64,000 nucleotides of DNA from Acidobacteriota bacterium (lineage in GTDB: Bacteria; Acidobacteriota; UBA6911; JACQSX01), in NCBI GenBank assembly GCA_036507075.1, contig DASXQR010000163.1, positions 1,818 through 65,817 of the forward strand. Direction: 5' to 3'. This document shows, one piece after another, positions 10,606-19,764 of the stretch; positions within the stretch are counted from its first letter, which is position 1; each line of letters opens with the position of its first letter. Made by a program: the position numbers and the translations under genes. The notes under the pieces are model-generated. The model saw nothing but the letters and a program-made list of their open reading frames with translations, was not told where the DNA came from and searched no databases.

Positions 10606-10866
10606 GTAAATTTGCTCCTCGATATTTCTGGAGCGTTCCTCAAAAACCGCGCTACAGAGATGTAATTAGATTTCTGGACTGTTGCCTACGGGCGCGAGTT
10701 CGCAGGTCTGAGCGATGGAACCGAATGGTAAGAGCCGAAGCGATGGCCAGGGAGTCATAACTCCATGACCTGCAGCCCGGCATCCAAAGGAAGGTCGGAG
10801 ATGCAGCGCACAAACGAAGTCTACTATAGCCCAGAATCGGTCAGGAAGCCAGTTAAATTCCGCTTC

Positions 10867-10929
10867 GTGAGCTAGTTTGGCTGCCATAGTCTTTCCTCGA
10901 CGGGCAGCACAAACCAGCTCACTACTCAA
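10867..10929. repeat. Hairpin containing a copy of the dispersed motif CGGGCAGC-AAAC-AG-TCACTACTCAA
   Basis: Arms 10867-10885 and 10903-10922 pair. The motif recurs at 22681-22720 and 60402-60441. Confidence 0.7.
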
Positions 10930-11070
10930 ACTTTTGAGGCGTCGAACCGGTAAAAGTGTAAAATAGACGAGTTGCTCTAGCCCGTCCCTTCTTTTGCTGG
11001 AAGCGCCACGCAACAAGCACCTCCACTGAGACATGGCGAAGCGAATCGCGCAGCTAGAAAGGAATACGAA

Positions 11071-12750
11071 TTGTCCTTAGATGAATATGCAGTAAAAGAA
11101 ATGATTGGTCTTGGCAGGGAGAGGGGATATCTGCTTTACGACGAGGTCAATGACATTCTCCCGGCAAGCATTCGCTCTTCACAAGATCTGGATAGTGTCC
11201 TTTACCTTTTCGGATCCGCCGGCATCGAAGTGGTCGATTCGGAGGCCACGTTTCTGGAAATTCAGAAGAAAATCGGCCAACAGGCTGATGAAGCGCTAGA
11301 GCAGAGTGAAGCCGGGCCGGGACTCGAGGAGCTGGACAAGACAAATGACCCCGTCCGGCTGTACCTGCGTGAAATGGGTACGGTTCCTCTGTTGAGCCGT
11401 GAAGGTGAAGTCGAAATCGCCAAGCGTATCGAAAGGGGACAGAAGGCCATCACCAAGGTCCTTTGTCGTTCTCCTCTTGTGGTCAACGAAATTATAAAGC
11501 TCGGAGAATTGTTGCGCACCGGTCAACTTGGAATCAAGTCACTGATCACCATCAGAGAGGAAGAAATCACCGAATCTGTCCTGGAGCGTTATCGCACGCG
11601 AGCCCGGCGTGCGATCAGGCAAATCGCCGAGCTGGAGCAGGAGGCTGTGGCAATTCGCAAAATACTTGGCGGCATTCGCCGAACCTCCCCTCGCTTCAAG
11701 AAAAAACTACGGCGCCTGGCTCGTGTCCGCATCGCCATGGCCAATCATATTCGCGCTCTTGATCTGACACCGTCGCTGCACGAGTATCTAGAGAAAGCGA
11801 TACGGTCCACTATCGACAAGGTTGTACTGCTGGAGCGCGAAGCTCGCAATCTGCAGCAACTGCAGGGAAGCTCCTTGAAGCGGGAAGAGTCCAGAAGAAT
11901 TGAAGGGCGCCTGCGCCAGGTCCGACATCAAGTCCATGAAATCGAGGTGTCCTCACAGCAGGCGATTCCGGAACTGAAGCGCGCGTTGGCTGCAATGAAA
12001 GGTGGAAAACTCGAAGCTGACCTTGCCAAGAAGGAATTGGTGGAAGCAAACCTCAGATTGGTCGTATCCATTGCCAAGAAGTATCGCAACCGTGGTCTGG
12101 CTTTTCTCGATTTGATCCAGGAAGGCAACATCGGCCTGATGAGAGCAGTGGACAAGTTTGAGTATCGCCGAGGTTACAAGTTCAGCACTTACGCCACCTG
12201 GTGGATTCGCCAGGGTATCACTCGAGCTATAGCCGATCAGGCACGAACGATCCGCGTGCCCGTCCATATGATAGAAACGATTAACAAGTTGATTCGCACC
12301 TCCAGAGCCCTGGTGCAGGAATACGGCCGTGAGCCGACGTTGGACGAGATTGCTGCGAAAATGGATATGCCAATTTCGAAAGTACAGAAAACGTTAAAAG
12401 TCGCACAGACCCCGGTCTCACTGGAGTCGCCTGTCGGAGAGGAAGCAGACAGCCACCTGGGCGACTTTATCGAAGATTGCAGTGTAGTTTCACCCGTGGA
12501 AGCAGTCTGCAACATTAATCTGAAAGAACAAACTGCATCCGCGTTGAGAACACTTACTCCGCGTGAAGAGCATATCGTTCGGATGCGTTTCGGCCTTGAT
12601 GGGCGTGAACATACTCTGGAGGAGGTAGGACAAAGATTCTCGGTGACCCGGGAGCGTATTCGCCAGATTGAAAAGAAGGCGCTGTTGAAACTGCGTCATC
12701 CCAGCCGATCTCGGCGCCTTAGGCCTTTTCTGGAAACTAATGCGATCTAA
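11071..12750 (+). CDS. rpoD: RpoD-like group 1 sigma70 factor (stand-alone paralog)
   Basis: Region 1.1, region 1.2 ([11 protein letters not shown]), region 2 ([42 protein letters not shown]), region 3 and region 4 (TLEEVG...TRERIRQIE). No dnaG upstream. Confidence 0.93.
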   Translation: MSLDEYAVKEMIGLGRERGYLLYDEVNDILPASIRSSQDLDSVLYLFGSAGIEVVDSEATFLEIQKKIGQQADEALEQSEAGPGLEELDKTNDPVRLYLREMGTVPLLSREGEVEIAKRIERGQKAITKVLCRSPLVVNEIIKLGELLRTGQLGIKSLITIREEEITESVLERYRTRARRAIRQIAELEQEAVAIRKILGGIRRTSPRFKKKLRRLARVRIAMANHIRALDLTPSLHEYLEKAIRSTIDKVVLLEREARNLQQLQGSSLKREESRRIEGRLRQVRHQVHEIEVSSQQAIPELKRALAAMKGGKLEADLAKKELVEANLRLVVSIAKKYRNRGLAFLDLIQEGNIGLMRAVDKFEYRRGYKFSTYATWWIRQGITRAIADQARTIRVPVHMIETINKLIRTSRALVQEYGREPTLDEIAAKMDMPISKVQKTLKVAQTPVSLESPVGEEADSHLGDFIEDCSVVSPVEAVCNINLKEQTASALRTLTPREEHIVRMRFGLDGREHTLEEVGQRFSVTRERIRQIEKKALLKLRHPSRSRRLRPFLETNAI

Positions 12751-12771
12751 CTGCGGAAATTTGGAGGAGTC

Positions 12772-12954
12772 ATGCCTAAGAATGTAGCAAGTTTTGAAAA
12801 GAGACGAAAAGAGAAGAACCGCCAGGAGCGACAAAGAGAAAAAGCCGCGCGGCGCGCTGAAATAAGGCAGGTGAAAAAAGATCGTCCCTCGCGTGAAGGT
12901 GGATATGATCCGGACCTGGAAGGAATTATACCCGGTCCCCAGCCGCCATCGTGA
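12772..12954 (+). CDS. Small basic protein ending in DPDLEGIIPGPQPP
   Basis: Strong RBS GGAGGAG at about 12761, Lys/Arg-rich helix, 21 bp downstream of the rpoD stop. Confidence 0.7.
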   Translation: MPKNVASFEKRRKEKNRQERQREKAARRAEIRQVKKDRPSREGGYDPDLEGIIPGPQPPS

Positions 12955-12998
12955 GCTCGTCTGACTTGGTGCCTTGGTGGTAAATACTCTTGCTAAGT

Positions 12999-15869
12999 TC
13001 AGAACGTGATGCGCACACCCAACTGAATCTGCCGCGGATCCGCGGCCGCGGTCGGCCGGCCGAAGGCAGCCAGCGGAGTCGCGCCCGTGCCGAAAGTGGT
13101 GTTGGGGAACTGAAAGTTCGTGCGGTTCAGCGTGTTAAAACTTTCCGCCAATATTTCCATCCGCAGCTGTTCGGTCAGAGAAAGCTTTCGACTCAAACGG
13201 AGATCCAGGGACGCAAAATTGAATCCTGCACCCGTGTTCCGTCCCGCACCTGCCGGGCGCGCGGCGGTTGTCTGGATAGTTTGCCCTCCGGTCACAATGT
13301 TAAACGGATACGGAGAACTGTAAGTAAGAATCCCGCTCAACTGGAATCCCTCCACGGCCCTCAACAACAAACTGCCGGACTTCAGGCTGGGCACGTTCAT
13401 TTGCCCGCTGAGAGTAAGACGGTGTCTCTGGTCGTTGTCGGAAAGACCGCGGTCGTCCCGGATGTTGAAATTGTTCTGGGGCGAGCTGAAGAAAAAGTTA
13501 CCGGTATTGTCACTGGCCCTGGAAAGTGTGTAAGAAAAACGGGCCGCTGCCCAGCTCGAAGGGCGATGCTGGAATGACGCGAACATGCCGCTGTAATAGG
13601 AGTCGCCCTGGCCGCTGTACTGCGTGATGTTTCCAAAGTTGGGATTGGGACGGCCGAGATTGACGGGATCCTGCCCGGCACTCAAAGTGGGCGTGTTCAG
13701 GTTGCGCTGCATAATGATGTGAACCCCGCGAAGATGGATATAGCCCAGTGACGCGGAGGTGCCGCGCGTAAGCTCGCGTTCGATTTGAAGGTTGGCCTGC
13801 AGACCATAGGCGTTCTTGATATTAGGATCGATAGTGGCAAGGTTAAACAGTATGCCCGCTGGAAGCGAAGCGAGTTTGTGCGGAAACACCGGGGCTCCGA
13901 CCTGAGTCCGCTGAAGGCTCACCGTCTTGTAGTCCCTGCCTGCGCCCCGCAGCGCATTGGCAACAGCCCGCAGTGGAATCCGGTCGTAGTACTGGCCAAA
14001 TCCCGCCCGAATGACGGTTTTGCGATCCCCGGGCGCGTACGCCAGGCCGATCCGGGGGCTGAAGTTATGGCTGCTGGTTTGTATCTGAGCCGCCAGCCAC
14101 TGGACATCGTAACGAAGGCCGGCATTGACAGTGAGATCATTGCGAGGCCTCCATTCATTCTGGATAAACCATCCAAGGTTCGGATTGGTCTGAAACCAGT
14201 CCACTTTTCCGAAGGCTTGCCCGAAGGTGCTGTAGTTCCCGGTCAGGAAGTCAGCCAGCCTGGCGAAACTATAGGTTCCATAAAGGGACCCCGGAAAGGC
14301 GATCAGGACACGGTTGTAAAGAAAATCTACTCCCCCCTTCAGGAAATTCGAGCCCTTTTGCGTCGAATAGTTGTTCGCGATCTCGTAAAGGTCGATGTCG
14401 CGCGCCGTCGGAGAGCTTGTGGACGCACCCAGGTTGGCCACTCCTGAAATACTGACGGCTGGACCCACAAGGTCATTGCCCGGCGCGGTAAACCGGCTGC
14501 GGGTGAATTGAAAGCGTGCTTCGTTGACCGAGTTTGGCGAAAGAGTGACCATGTCGTTCAGCGCAAACGTCTGATCGCGGTCTTCTACGCTGGTGCCGCG
14601 GCTTATTGTGCTCAGGCTGCCCACGCCGCGGGCATTAGGGCTGGAAATATCATAGAGGCTGTAGCGGAGGGCCATGCGGTTCCTTTCACTCAGACTGTAG
14701 TCGACCTTGCCGAAGAAACTTGTCCGAACATCCCCGGTAGGGTATTCGCCGGTTACGACCCGGGGCGGCGTGTAGCCCACCCGATCCAGGACCGCGTTGA
14801 TGGCGGCCACGTTGGCCGGCGAAATCGTGATGAAACCGGAGCGATGCAAACGCTCCTGCTCGAAGTTGGAGAACAGGAACGCCCGGTCCCGCCGCAGCGG
14901 GCCGCCGATGCTCAGGCCATACTGCGTCTGCGTGAACGGGCTCCGTATCCTCTTCTTTGCTATCGGATCGACGGCGGCAAAGACGTTGGTTGCGTCGAAG
15001 CGCTGGTTTCTCAAAAATCCGTAGACATTGCCGCGCACATCGTTCGAGCCGGATTGAGTCAGGATGTTAACGGTGCCGCTGGATGCCCGGCCGAATTCCG
15101 CAATGCCCCCGGAAGACACAACCTGAAACTCTCGAATGACCTCCGGGCTGAAGAACGTGACCGCCAGGTCTGCAGCGTCGTCATTGGCCGACAGGCCATC
15201 GACAACAAATCCGTTGTTCAGATTTCGCTGGCCGGTTACCGAGATCCCGGTGCCCGGCACGGCGGAAGTCTCGGCAAAACGTTCATTATTGCCGGTATTG
15301 GTGCGGCTGACCGCGGGAAGCAGCAGCGCCAGATCAAGATAATTGCGTCCGTTCAGGGGGAGATTGTTCACTTCTCTGGGAGCTACCGTCTCGGCGAGTT
15401 GGGTACGGGCGGTTTCCACGCTTGAAACCTCGCCGCTTACTCTTACGGTTTCTGCTAAACCAGCCACCACCAGTTTCACAGGCAGATCCAGCACCTGGCC
15501 AAGAGATAGTGTGAGTTCGCGCTCAAAGTTCTCAAAACCAGGTCGCTCCACTTTGAGACGGTAGCTGCCAACAGCGAGGTACAGGAAGCGATACCTTCCC
15601 TGAGGGTCGCTGATTGTCGTCCATACCTGGTTTCTGTCAAGGTTGTTGACCTTGACTTCGACGCCGCCCACCAAAGCGCCCGAGCTATCCTCGATGTGGC
15701 CGCTCAGCGTGGCCGACGTAACTGCCTGCTGAGCCTGCAACGAAGGAATCAATGCCCCCCCTGATAGCAGAAGAACGACTAGCATCCGGCAAATGACCGG
15801 CCATCGGTAAGTCTTCCGTGTGTAAGTGTGCATCCGATACATCTGATCTTCCTCAAAGTTGCCTGTCAC
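12999..15869 (-). CDS. TonB-dependent receptor, Oar-like, with N-terminal carboxypeptidase-regulatory-like domain
   Basis: Signal peptide, TLSGHIEDSSG domain, LPLNGRNYLDL plug motif, NAGLRYD, FSPRIGLAY, and terminal RQIQLGVRITF. Confidence 0.92.
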   Translation of the reverse strand: MTGNFEEDQMYRMHTYTRKTYRWPVICRMLVVLLLSGGALIPSLQAQQAVTSATLSGHIEDSSGALVGGVEVKVNNLDRNQVWTTISDPQGRYRFLYLAVGSYRLKVERPGFENFERELTLSLGQVLDLPVKLVVAGLAETVRVSGEVSSVETARTQLAETVAPREVNNLPLNGRNYLDLALLLPAVSRTNTGNNERFAETSAVPGTGISVTGQRNLNNGFVVDGLSANDDAADLAVTFFSPEVIREFQVVSSGGIAEFGRASSGTVNILTQSGSNDVRGNVYGFLRNQRFDATNVFAAVDPIAKKRIRSPFTQTQYGLSIGGPLRRDRAFLFSNFEQERLHRSGFITISPANVAAINAVLDRVGYTPPRVVTGEYPTGDVRTSFFGKVDYSLSERNRMALRYSLYDISSPNARGVGSLSTISRGTSVEDRDQTFALNDMVTLSPNSVNEARFQFTRSRFTAPGNDLVGPAVSISGVANLGASTSSPTARDIDLYEIANNYSTQKGSNFLKGGVDFLYNRVLIAFPGSLYGTYSFARLADFLTGNYSTFGQAFGKVDWFQTNPNLGWFIQNEWRPRNDLTVNAGLRYDVQWLAAQIQTSSHNFSPRIGLAYAPGDRKTVIRAGFGQYYDRIPLRAVANALRGAGRDYKTVSLQRTQVGAPVFPHKLASLPAGILFNLATIDPNIKNAYGLQANLQIERELTRGTSASLGYIHLRGVHIIMQRNLNTPTLSAGQDPVNLGRPNPNFGNITQYSGQGDSYYSGMFASFQHRPSSWAAARFSYTLSRASDNTGNFFFSSPQNNFNIRDDRGLSDNDQRHRLTLSGQMNVPSLKSGSLLLRAVEGFQLSGILTYSSPYPFNIVTGGQTIQTTAARPAGAGRNTGAGFNFASLDLRLSRKLSLTEQLRMEILAESFNTLNRTNFQFPNTTFGTGATPLAAFGRPTAAADPRQIQLGVRITF

Positions 15870-15906
15870 TTAACCTCAATCGCATTCACCGCCGCATTCA
15901 CCGCGG

Positions 15907-16154
15907 GGCCGCAGACAAAGAAAAAAAGCCGAGGACGCCCACGAGGACGCCCACGAGGACGTGCACGTCAACGATAGACGCCAACGATCACGTCCACGCT
16001 CACGAAGGAAAAAATCGCAGTTTGGAACGCATCGTGTCAATGTTGACCAAAATGATTAGGCTCTAAATTTGTCACCTAAGCATTTGGACGTGAGTCGTGG
16101 ACATTGACGTGCACGTGGTTCGTAGACGATAAACGTCGACGTTGACGTGATCGG
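15907..16154. mobile_element. Miniature element copy A: CACGTC-rich termini around a four-helix-bundle gene remnant
   Basis: Collinear with 22381-22650 in opposite orientation. The internal reading is ...LERIVSMLTKMIRL-stop. Confidence 0.6.
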
Positions 16155-16188
16155 CCTTGTTCCAACCGAAGTGTCTATTAGGAGGAAA

Positions 16189-16680
16189 TCAGGCTTGAGG
16201 AGGGTGAAACAACGGTGCGAGGTGGCCTTCCAGCACTTCGACGCGGTCGGGCGCCAAGGCGTCCTGTGGGACAGTTGTTACGATCCAGTGAACAAGACCC
16301 CTCACGACAAAGGGGTGCGCATCCGGCATTGTTCTCTGGTCATCGGATTGGCAGGCGGCCTTGATAGCGCAACCGGCACTCATGGAATGGGCACACTCTG
16401 ACTGATGACCCATTTCATGATGAACTGAAGCATTCGGACTACCGTGACAAGATTCTTTTATTAACCCGCCGGCATTCTTCATCCACACTTCTGCGGCGCA
16501 CATCAGCGGGCAACTGCATGAAGCGCCATGCATGGAGCATTCAATCCCTTCGGATACGCTGGCCACCAAGAAGTGATTGAGCGGAAGACACAGCACCGCC
16601 AGCAGCAAAACCGAAAACCGGTGTCGGGTTAATGCATTTCTCACTGCGATGATTGTAATTTCGGCAACGCAGTCATACAA
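16189..16680 (-). CDS. Cys/His-rich hypothetical protein upstream of the TonB receptor (DUF2946-like)
   Basis: N-terminal TM/signal segment, CSMHGASCSCPLMC and HHEMGHQSECAHSM clusters, C-terminal LFHPPQA. Confidence 0.6.
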   Translation of the reverse strand: MYDCVAEITIIAVRNALTRHRFSVLLLAVLCLPLNHFLVASVSEGIECSMHGASCSCPLMCAAEVWMKNAGGLIKESCHGSPNASVHHEMGHQSECAHSMSAGCAIKAACQSDDQRTMPDAHPFVVRGLVHWIVTTVPQDALAPDRVEVLEGHLAPLFHPPQA

Positions 16681-16769
16681 CGGGAAATTTTCGGGGTTTT
16701 GTATCTTGGTCCAAAAATTTGAATCACCAAGGCACCAAGCCAGAACTGAGCTTCAGCGCTTAAAAACTA

Positions 16770-16919
16770 CACCACAAAGACACGAAGGACACGAAGGGAA
16801 GACGTGGGGCAGGCAGAGGCCGGTCAGCTTCATAAACCTTTGCCGCGTTCACCTTTGGACAGGTGACCGGCCTCTGCCTTCCCCACGTCTTGCTTCGTGC
16901 TCTTTGTGTCTTTGTGGTG
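16770..16919. repeat. About 60-bp inverted repeat of the CACCACAAAGACAC family
   Basis: Arms about 16770-16826 and 16863-16919 are complementary. Family members occur at 27184-27252 and about 42375-42440. Confidence 0.8.
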
Positions 16920-16937
16920 AAAAGTTCTGGCGGATTC

Positions 16938-19538
16938 TCAGTGGATCTTCGTCCGATCGCGGCCGGCTTTTTCATCCAGCAGCGGAGCCTCACCACCGGA
17001 TGAGGAGAGCGCTCTGGTTTGGCGGTTGAGAAAAACTCCGGAACTTTCCGCGGTCGTATGCGCTTCAGTTGAGTCATCCAGAACACTTCGGACTTTTTGT
17101 GCCAGCCTTTCGGGAGTGTAAGGCTTCTGTAGAAACGGGGAGTCGGAAGTAACCATGCCGGCCTGGTCTATATATCCCTTGGCGTACCCGGAAACATACA
17201 GCACCCTGGTCTTGGGACGAGTGGCCCGGATGCACTTTGCCAATTGCTGCCCGGACATGCCGGGCATTACGACATCGGTGAGCAGCAGCGCAATGGGAGC
17301 GCGGTAATTCTCGGCTAATGCCAGTGCGGAGTCGCCATCGGGCGCCTCCAGCACTCCGTATCCCTCTCTTTGAAGGATCTTGGCCGCCAGCGTCCGGACA
17401 GAGTCTTCATCCTCGACGAGAAGAATCGTTTCCGATCCGCGGAAGCTGCTGCAGGCTTCCAATCCTGAAATCTCGATGGACGACTCGTGTTGCGGCGCCG
17501 CAGGAAAGTAGATTTCAATTTTTGTGCCGGCTCCGGCTTCGGTTTCCACCGTGATGTAGCCGTTGTTCTGTTTGACGATGCCATAGACGGTCGAAAGTCC
17601 CAGCCCGCTTCCCTTGCCCCTTTCCTTGGTGGTAAAAAAAGGTTCGAACATCTTCCGTCTCGTGTTCTGATCCATACCGATTCCGCCGTCTCGGACCGTG
17701 AGCCTGGTGTAACGGCCCGGTCGGCTCAGCGCGCTCTGGTTTTCGGGATCGACCTGCACATAGCTGTTCGATGTTTGAATCAGAAGGTTGCCTCCGTCCG
17801 GCATCGCATCACGCGAATTCACCACCAGATTCAGCAAAACCTGCTCCACTTGCCCGCGGTCGACTTTGACACACTCCAGGGCGGGTTCCAATTGAATCAT
17901 CAGCCTGACGTCCTCGCCGATGGTGCGTCGCAGAATGCGTTCCATTTCCGCGATGATCGTATTCAGATTCAGCACCTGAGGGACGATGATTTGCCGGCGG
18001 CTGAAGGCAAGGAGCTGTGATGTTAAAGCTGCGGCTGTGGATGCAGCCTTGTTTATTTCCCTTATATCTTCGAGATGGGATTCGGAAAGATCCGAATCCT
18101 TGGAAAGCATTTCGCCGATTCCCAGTATCACGGTCAGCAGGTTATTGAAATCATGCGCGATTCCCCCCGCCAGCCTTCCAACAGCCTCCAGCCGGTGCGC
18201 CTGCCGGAGCTGCTCTTCCATCTTCTTGCGATCCGTTACGTCTTCGACCAGCACCAGCACCTCCGGTTTGCCCCCGAAGTCCATTGGCTGAGCCGTGACT
18301 TCAACATCGATGAAGCTGCCATCCTTTCTTCTGTGCCTGCTCACGCCGCTCAGGGCGGGGTGTGCATCGAGGGTCGGCCCAAGAGGCGGTGTGGAGGATG
18401 CTTCTTCAGGCGCCTGGATATCGTCCACTGTCATTGAGAGAAACTCTTTTTCCGAATAGCCATAGCGCGAAAGAGCAGCCGGATTCACAGCCAGGAAAGT
18501 CAGACTGTCGCGATTGCATACCCACATGGGATGCGGATTCCGCTCGAACAGACGGCGATATCGCTCCTCGGAGCTTCTGTGCAATTCTTCGGATATCCTC
18601 AGGTTCTCGGCCACAGCGCTCAGCTCCAGCGCGTGCTGCTCGGCTGACCGGCGCCGCATCCAGAAATAAATGAGCAGTCCCGGAAACGCCAGAACCAAAA
18701 CCGTGAGCGCGATCGTGAGCGCGATCTCTCGATAAGGGGGGGCAGGGGCAAAATGGAAGTCACCGGCCGTCCGGGGCAGGAGGCGATAACCGGAATTGTA
18801 AGGCGCCGTTGTCTGATACTGTTCCAGGTTCCCGATCAGTTCAAGCCTGCCGCCCTTGAGGACGCGCTCGGTGAGTTCGGCATTTCTGCGAAGTCCGTTT
18901 GAAAGGTAAACGCGGATCTCGCCGGTGTTGTCACGAATGCGCACGTTACTGAGGTTTTCCAGAAAGTTCGCCGGTACGATCAACTCTCCGGTTACTCGAA
19001 CCAGTTGGCTCAGGTGCTTCTTGCCGAGCAGCTCGGAAACAGAAACATTGTGGATCTGAGGCACGCCGTTTCCCAGCCGTTCCAGCGTCTCGATGCGCAG
19101 TTGCTCCATTCCATTGTACTGTTCGAGCCTCCCGCCGGCGCGCACCCGATCGCCGATGGTCATGCGGCTCAGCAAAGTGCGGTCGGAGCTGACCAGACGC
19201 AGGGCTCCACTGTCATCCTGCAGATGGATCCGAACGTCTGCGTTATCCCGGGCCGGGTAGGGATCGCAGCTAAGAACTCCAGCCACGGTGAGCTGGCGGC
19301 CGAGAAGGTCAGGAATTCCATCACTGTTGCTGTCACGGAGGGCCTGCCGGGCGGGGGTTGGAAGATCTTCTGCTGCCCGGGTCGTTCTGGAATCTACACA
19401 CAGCGCAAGGATGGAGGAAAGAATGCAGATCGCGCGTTTCTGGAGAAGGCGACGTCGTACACAACCGCCGGCAGCCTGCACGCCCTCATTTAGCGCGCAG
19501 AATCTTTTCCGGCTGACTCTTCTAGAGGAGAGCCTCAT
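16938..19538 (-). CDS. Hybrid histidine kinase: extracytoplasmic tandem OB-fold-like domain, TM, PAS, HisKA, HATPase, REC
   Basis: AGGIAHDFNNLL H-box, NLVVNSRDAM, GSGLGLS, and REC with LLTDVVMP. The N-terminal region has IHLQDDSG / GDRVRAGGRLEQYNG and YRLLPRTAGD motifs. Start codon uncertain. Confidence 0.88.
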   Translation of the reverse strand: MRLSSRRVSRKRFCALNEGVQAAGGCVRRRLLQKRAICILSSILALCVDSRTTRAAEDLPTPARQALRDSNSDGIPDLLGRQLTVAGVLSCDPYPARDNADVRIHLQDDSGALRLVSSDRTLLSRMTIGDRVRAGGRLEQYNGMEQLRIETLERLGNGVPQIHNVSVSELLGKKHLSQLVRVTGELIVPANFLENLSNVRIRDNTGEIRVYLSNGLRRNAELTERVLKGGRLELIGNLEQYQTTAPYNSGYRLLPRTAGDFHFAPAPPYREIALTIALTVLVLAFPGLLIYFWMRRRSAEQHALELSAVAENLRISEELHRSSEERYRRLFERNPHPMWVCNRDSLTFLAVNPAALSRYGYSEKEFLSMTVDDIQAPEEASSTPPLGPTLDAHPALSGVSRHRRKDGSFIDVEVTAQPMDFGGKPEVLVLVEDVTDRKKMEEQLRQAHRLEAVGRLAGGIAHDFNNLLTVILGIGEMLSKDSDLSESHLEDIREINKAASTAAALTSQLLAFSRRQIIVPQVLNLNTIIAEMERILRRTIGEDVRLMIQLEPALECVKVDRGQVEQVLLNLVVNSRDAMPDGGNLLIQTSNSYVQVDPENQSALSRPGRYTRLTVRDGGIGMDQNTRRKMFEPFFTTKERGKGSGLGLSTVYGIVKQNNGYITVETEAGAGTKIEIYFPAAPQHESSIEISGLEACSSFRGSETILLVEDEDSVRTLAAKILQREGYGVLEAPDGDSALALAENYRAPIALLLTDVVMPGMSGQQLAKCIRATRPKTRVLYVSGYAKGYIDQAGMVTSDSPFLQKPYTPERLAQKVRSVLDDSTEAHTTAESSGVFLNRQTRALSSSGGEAPLLDEKAGRDRTKIH

Positions 19539-19764
19539 CGGTTCTTCTTTATCAATTCTTCACTGAATGGAACCTGCAAGAGAGATGAAATCGAGTTGCC
19601 CCTCCGGCAGGGACGTTTCTCAAGGCAATATTTGTGCCACAGATTTGACAATAGATGAACGTTCCTGAAAACGTCGACGGCTCTTGAGCTTGGATGCTGG
19701 TGTGGTCTTCTGCGGGACTACCCGCGCACGTCACGATCTTGACGGTTACGTTTGATTTTTGACG

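Noticed and set aside
10666-11034. 122-aa ORF between rhlE and rpoD
   Set aside because: It overlaps the divergent promoter/leader region and a dispersed repeat, and has no protein-like features.
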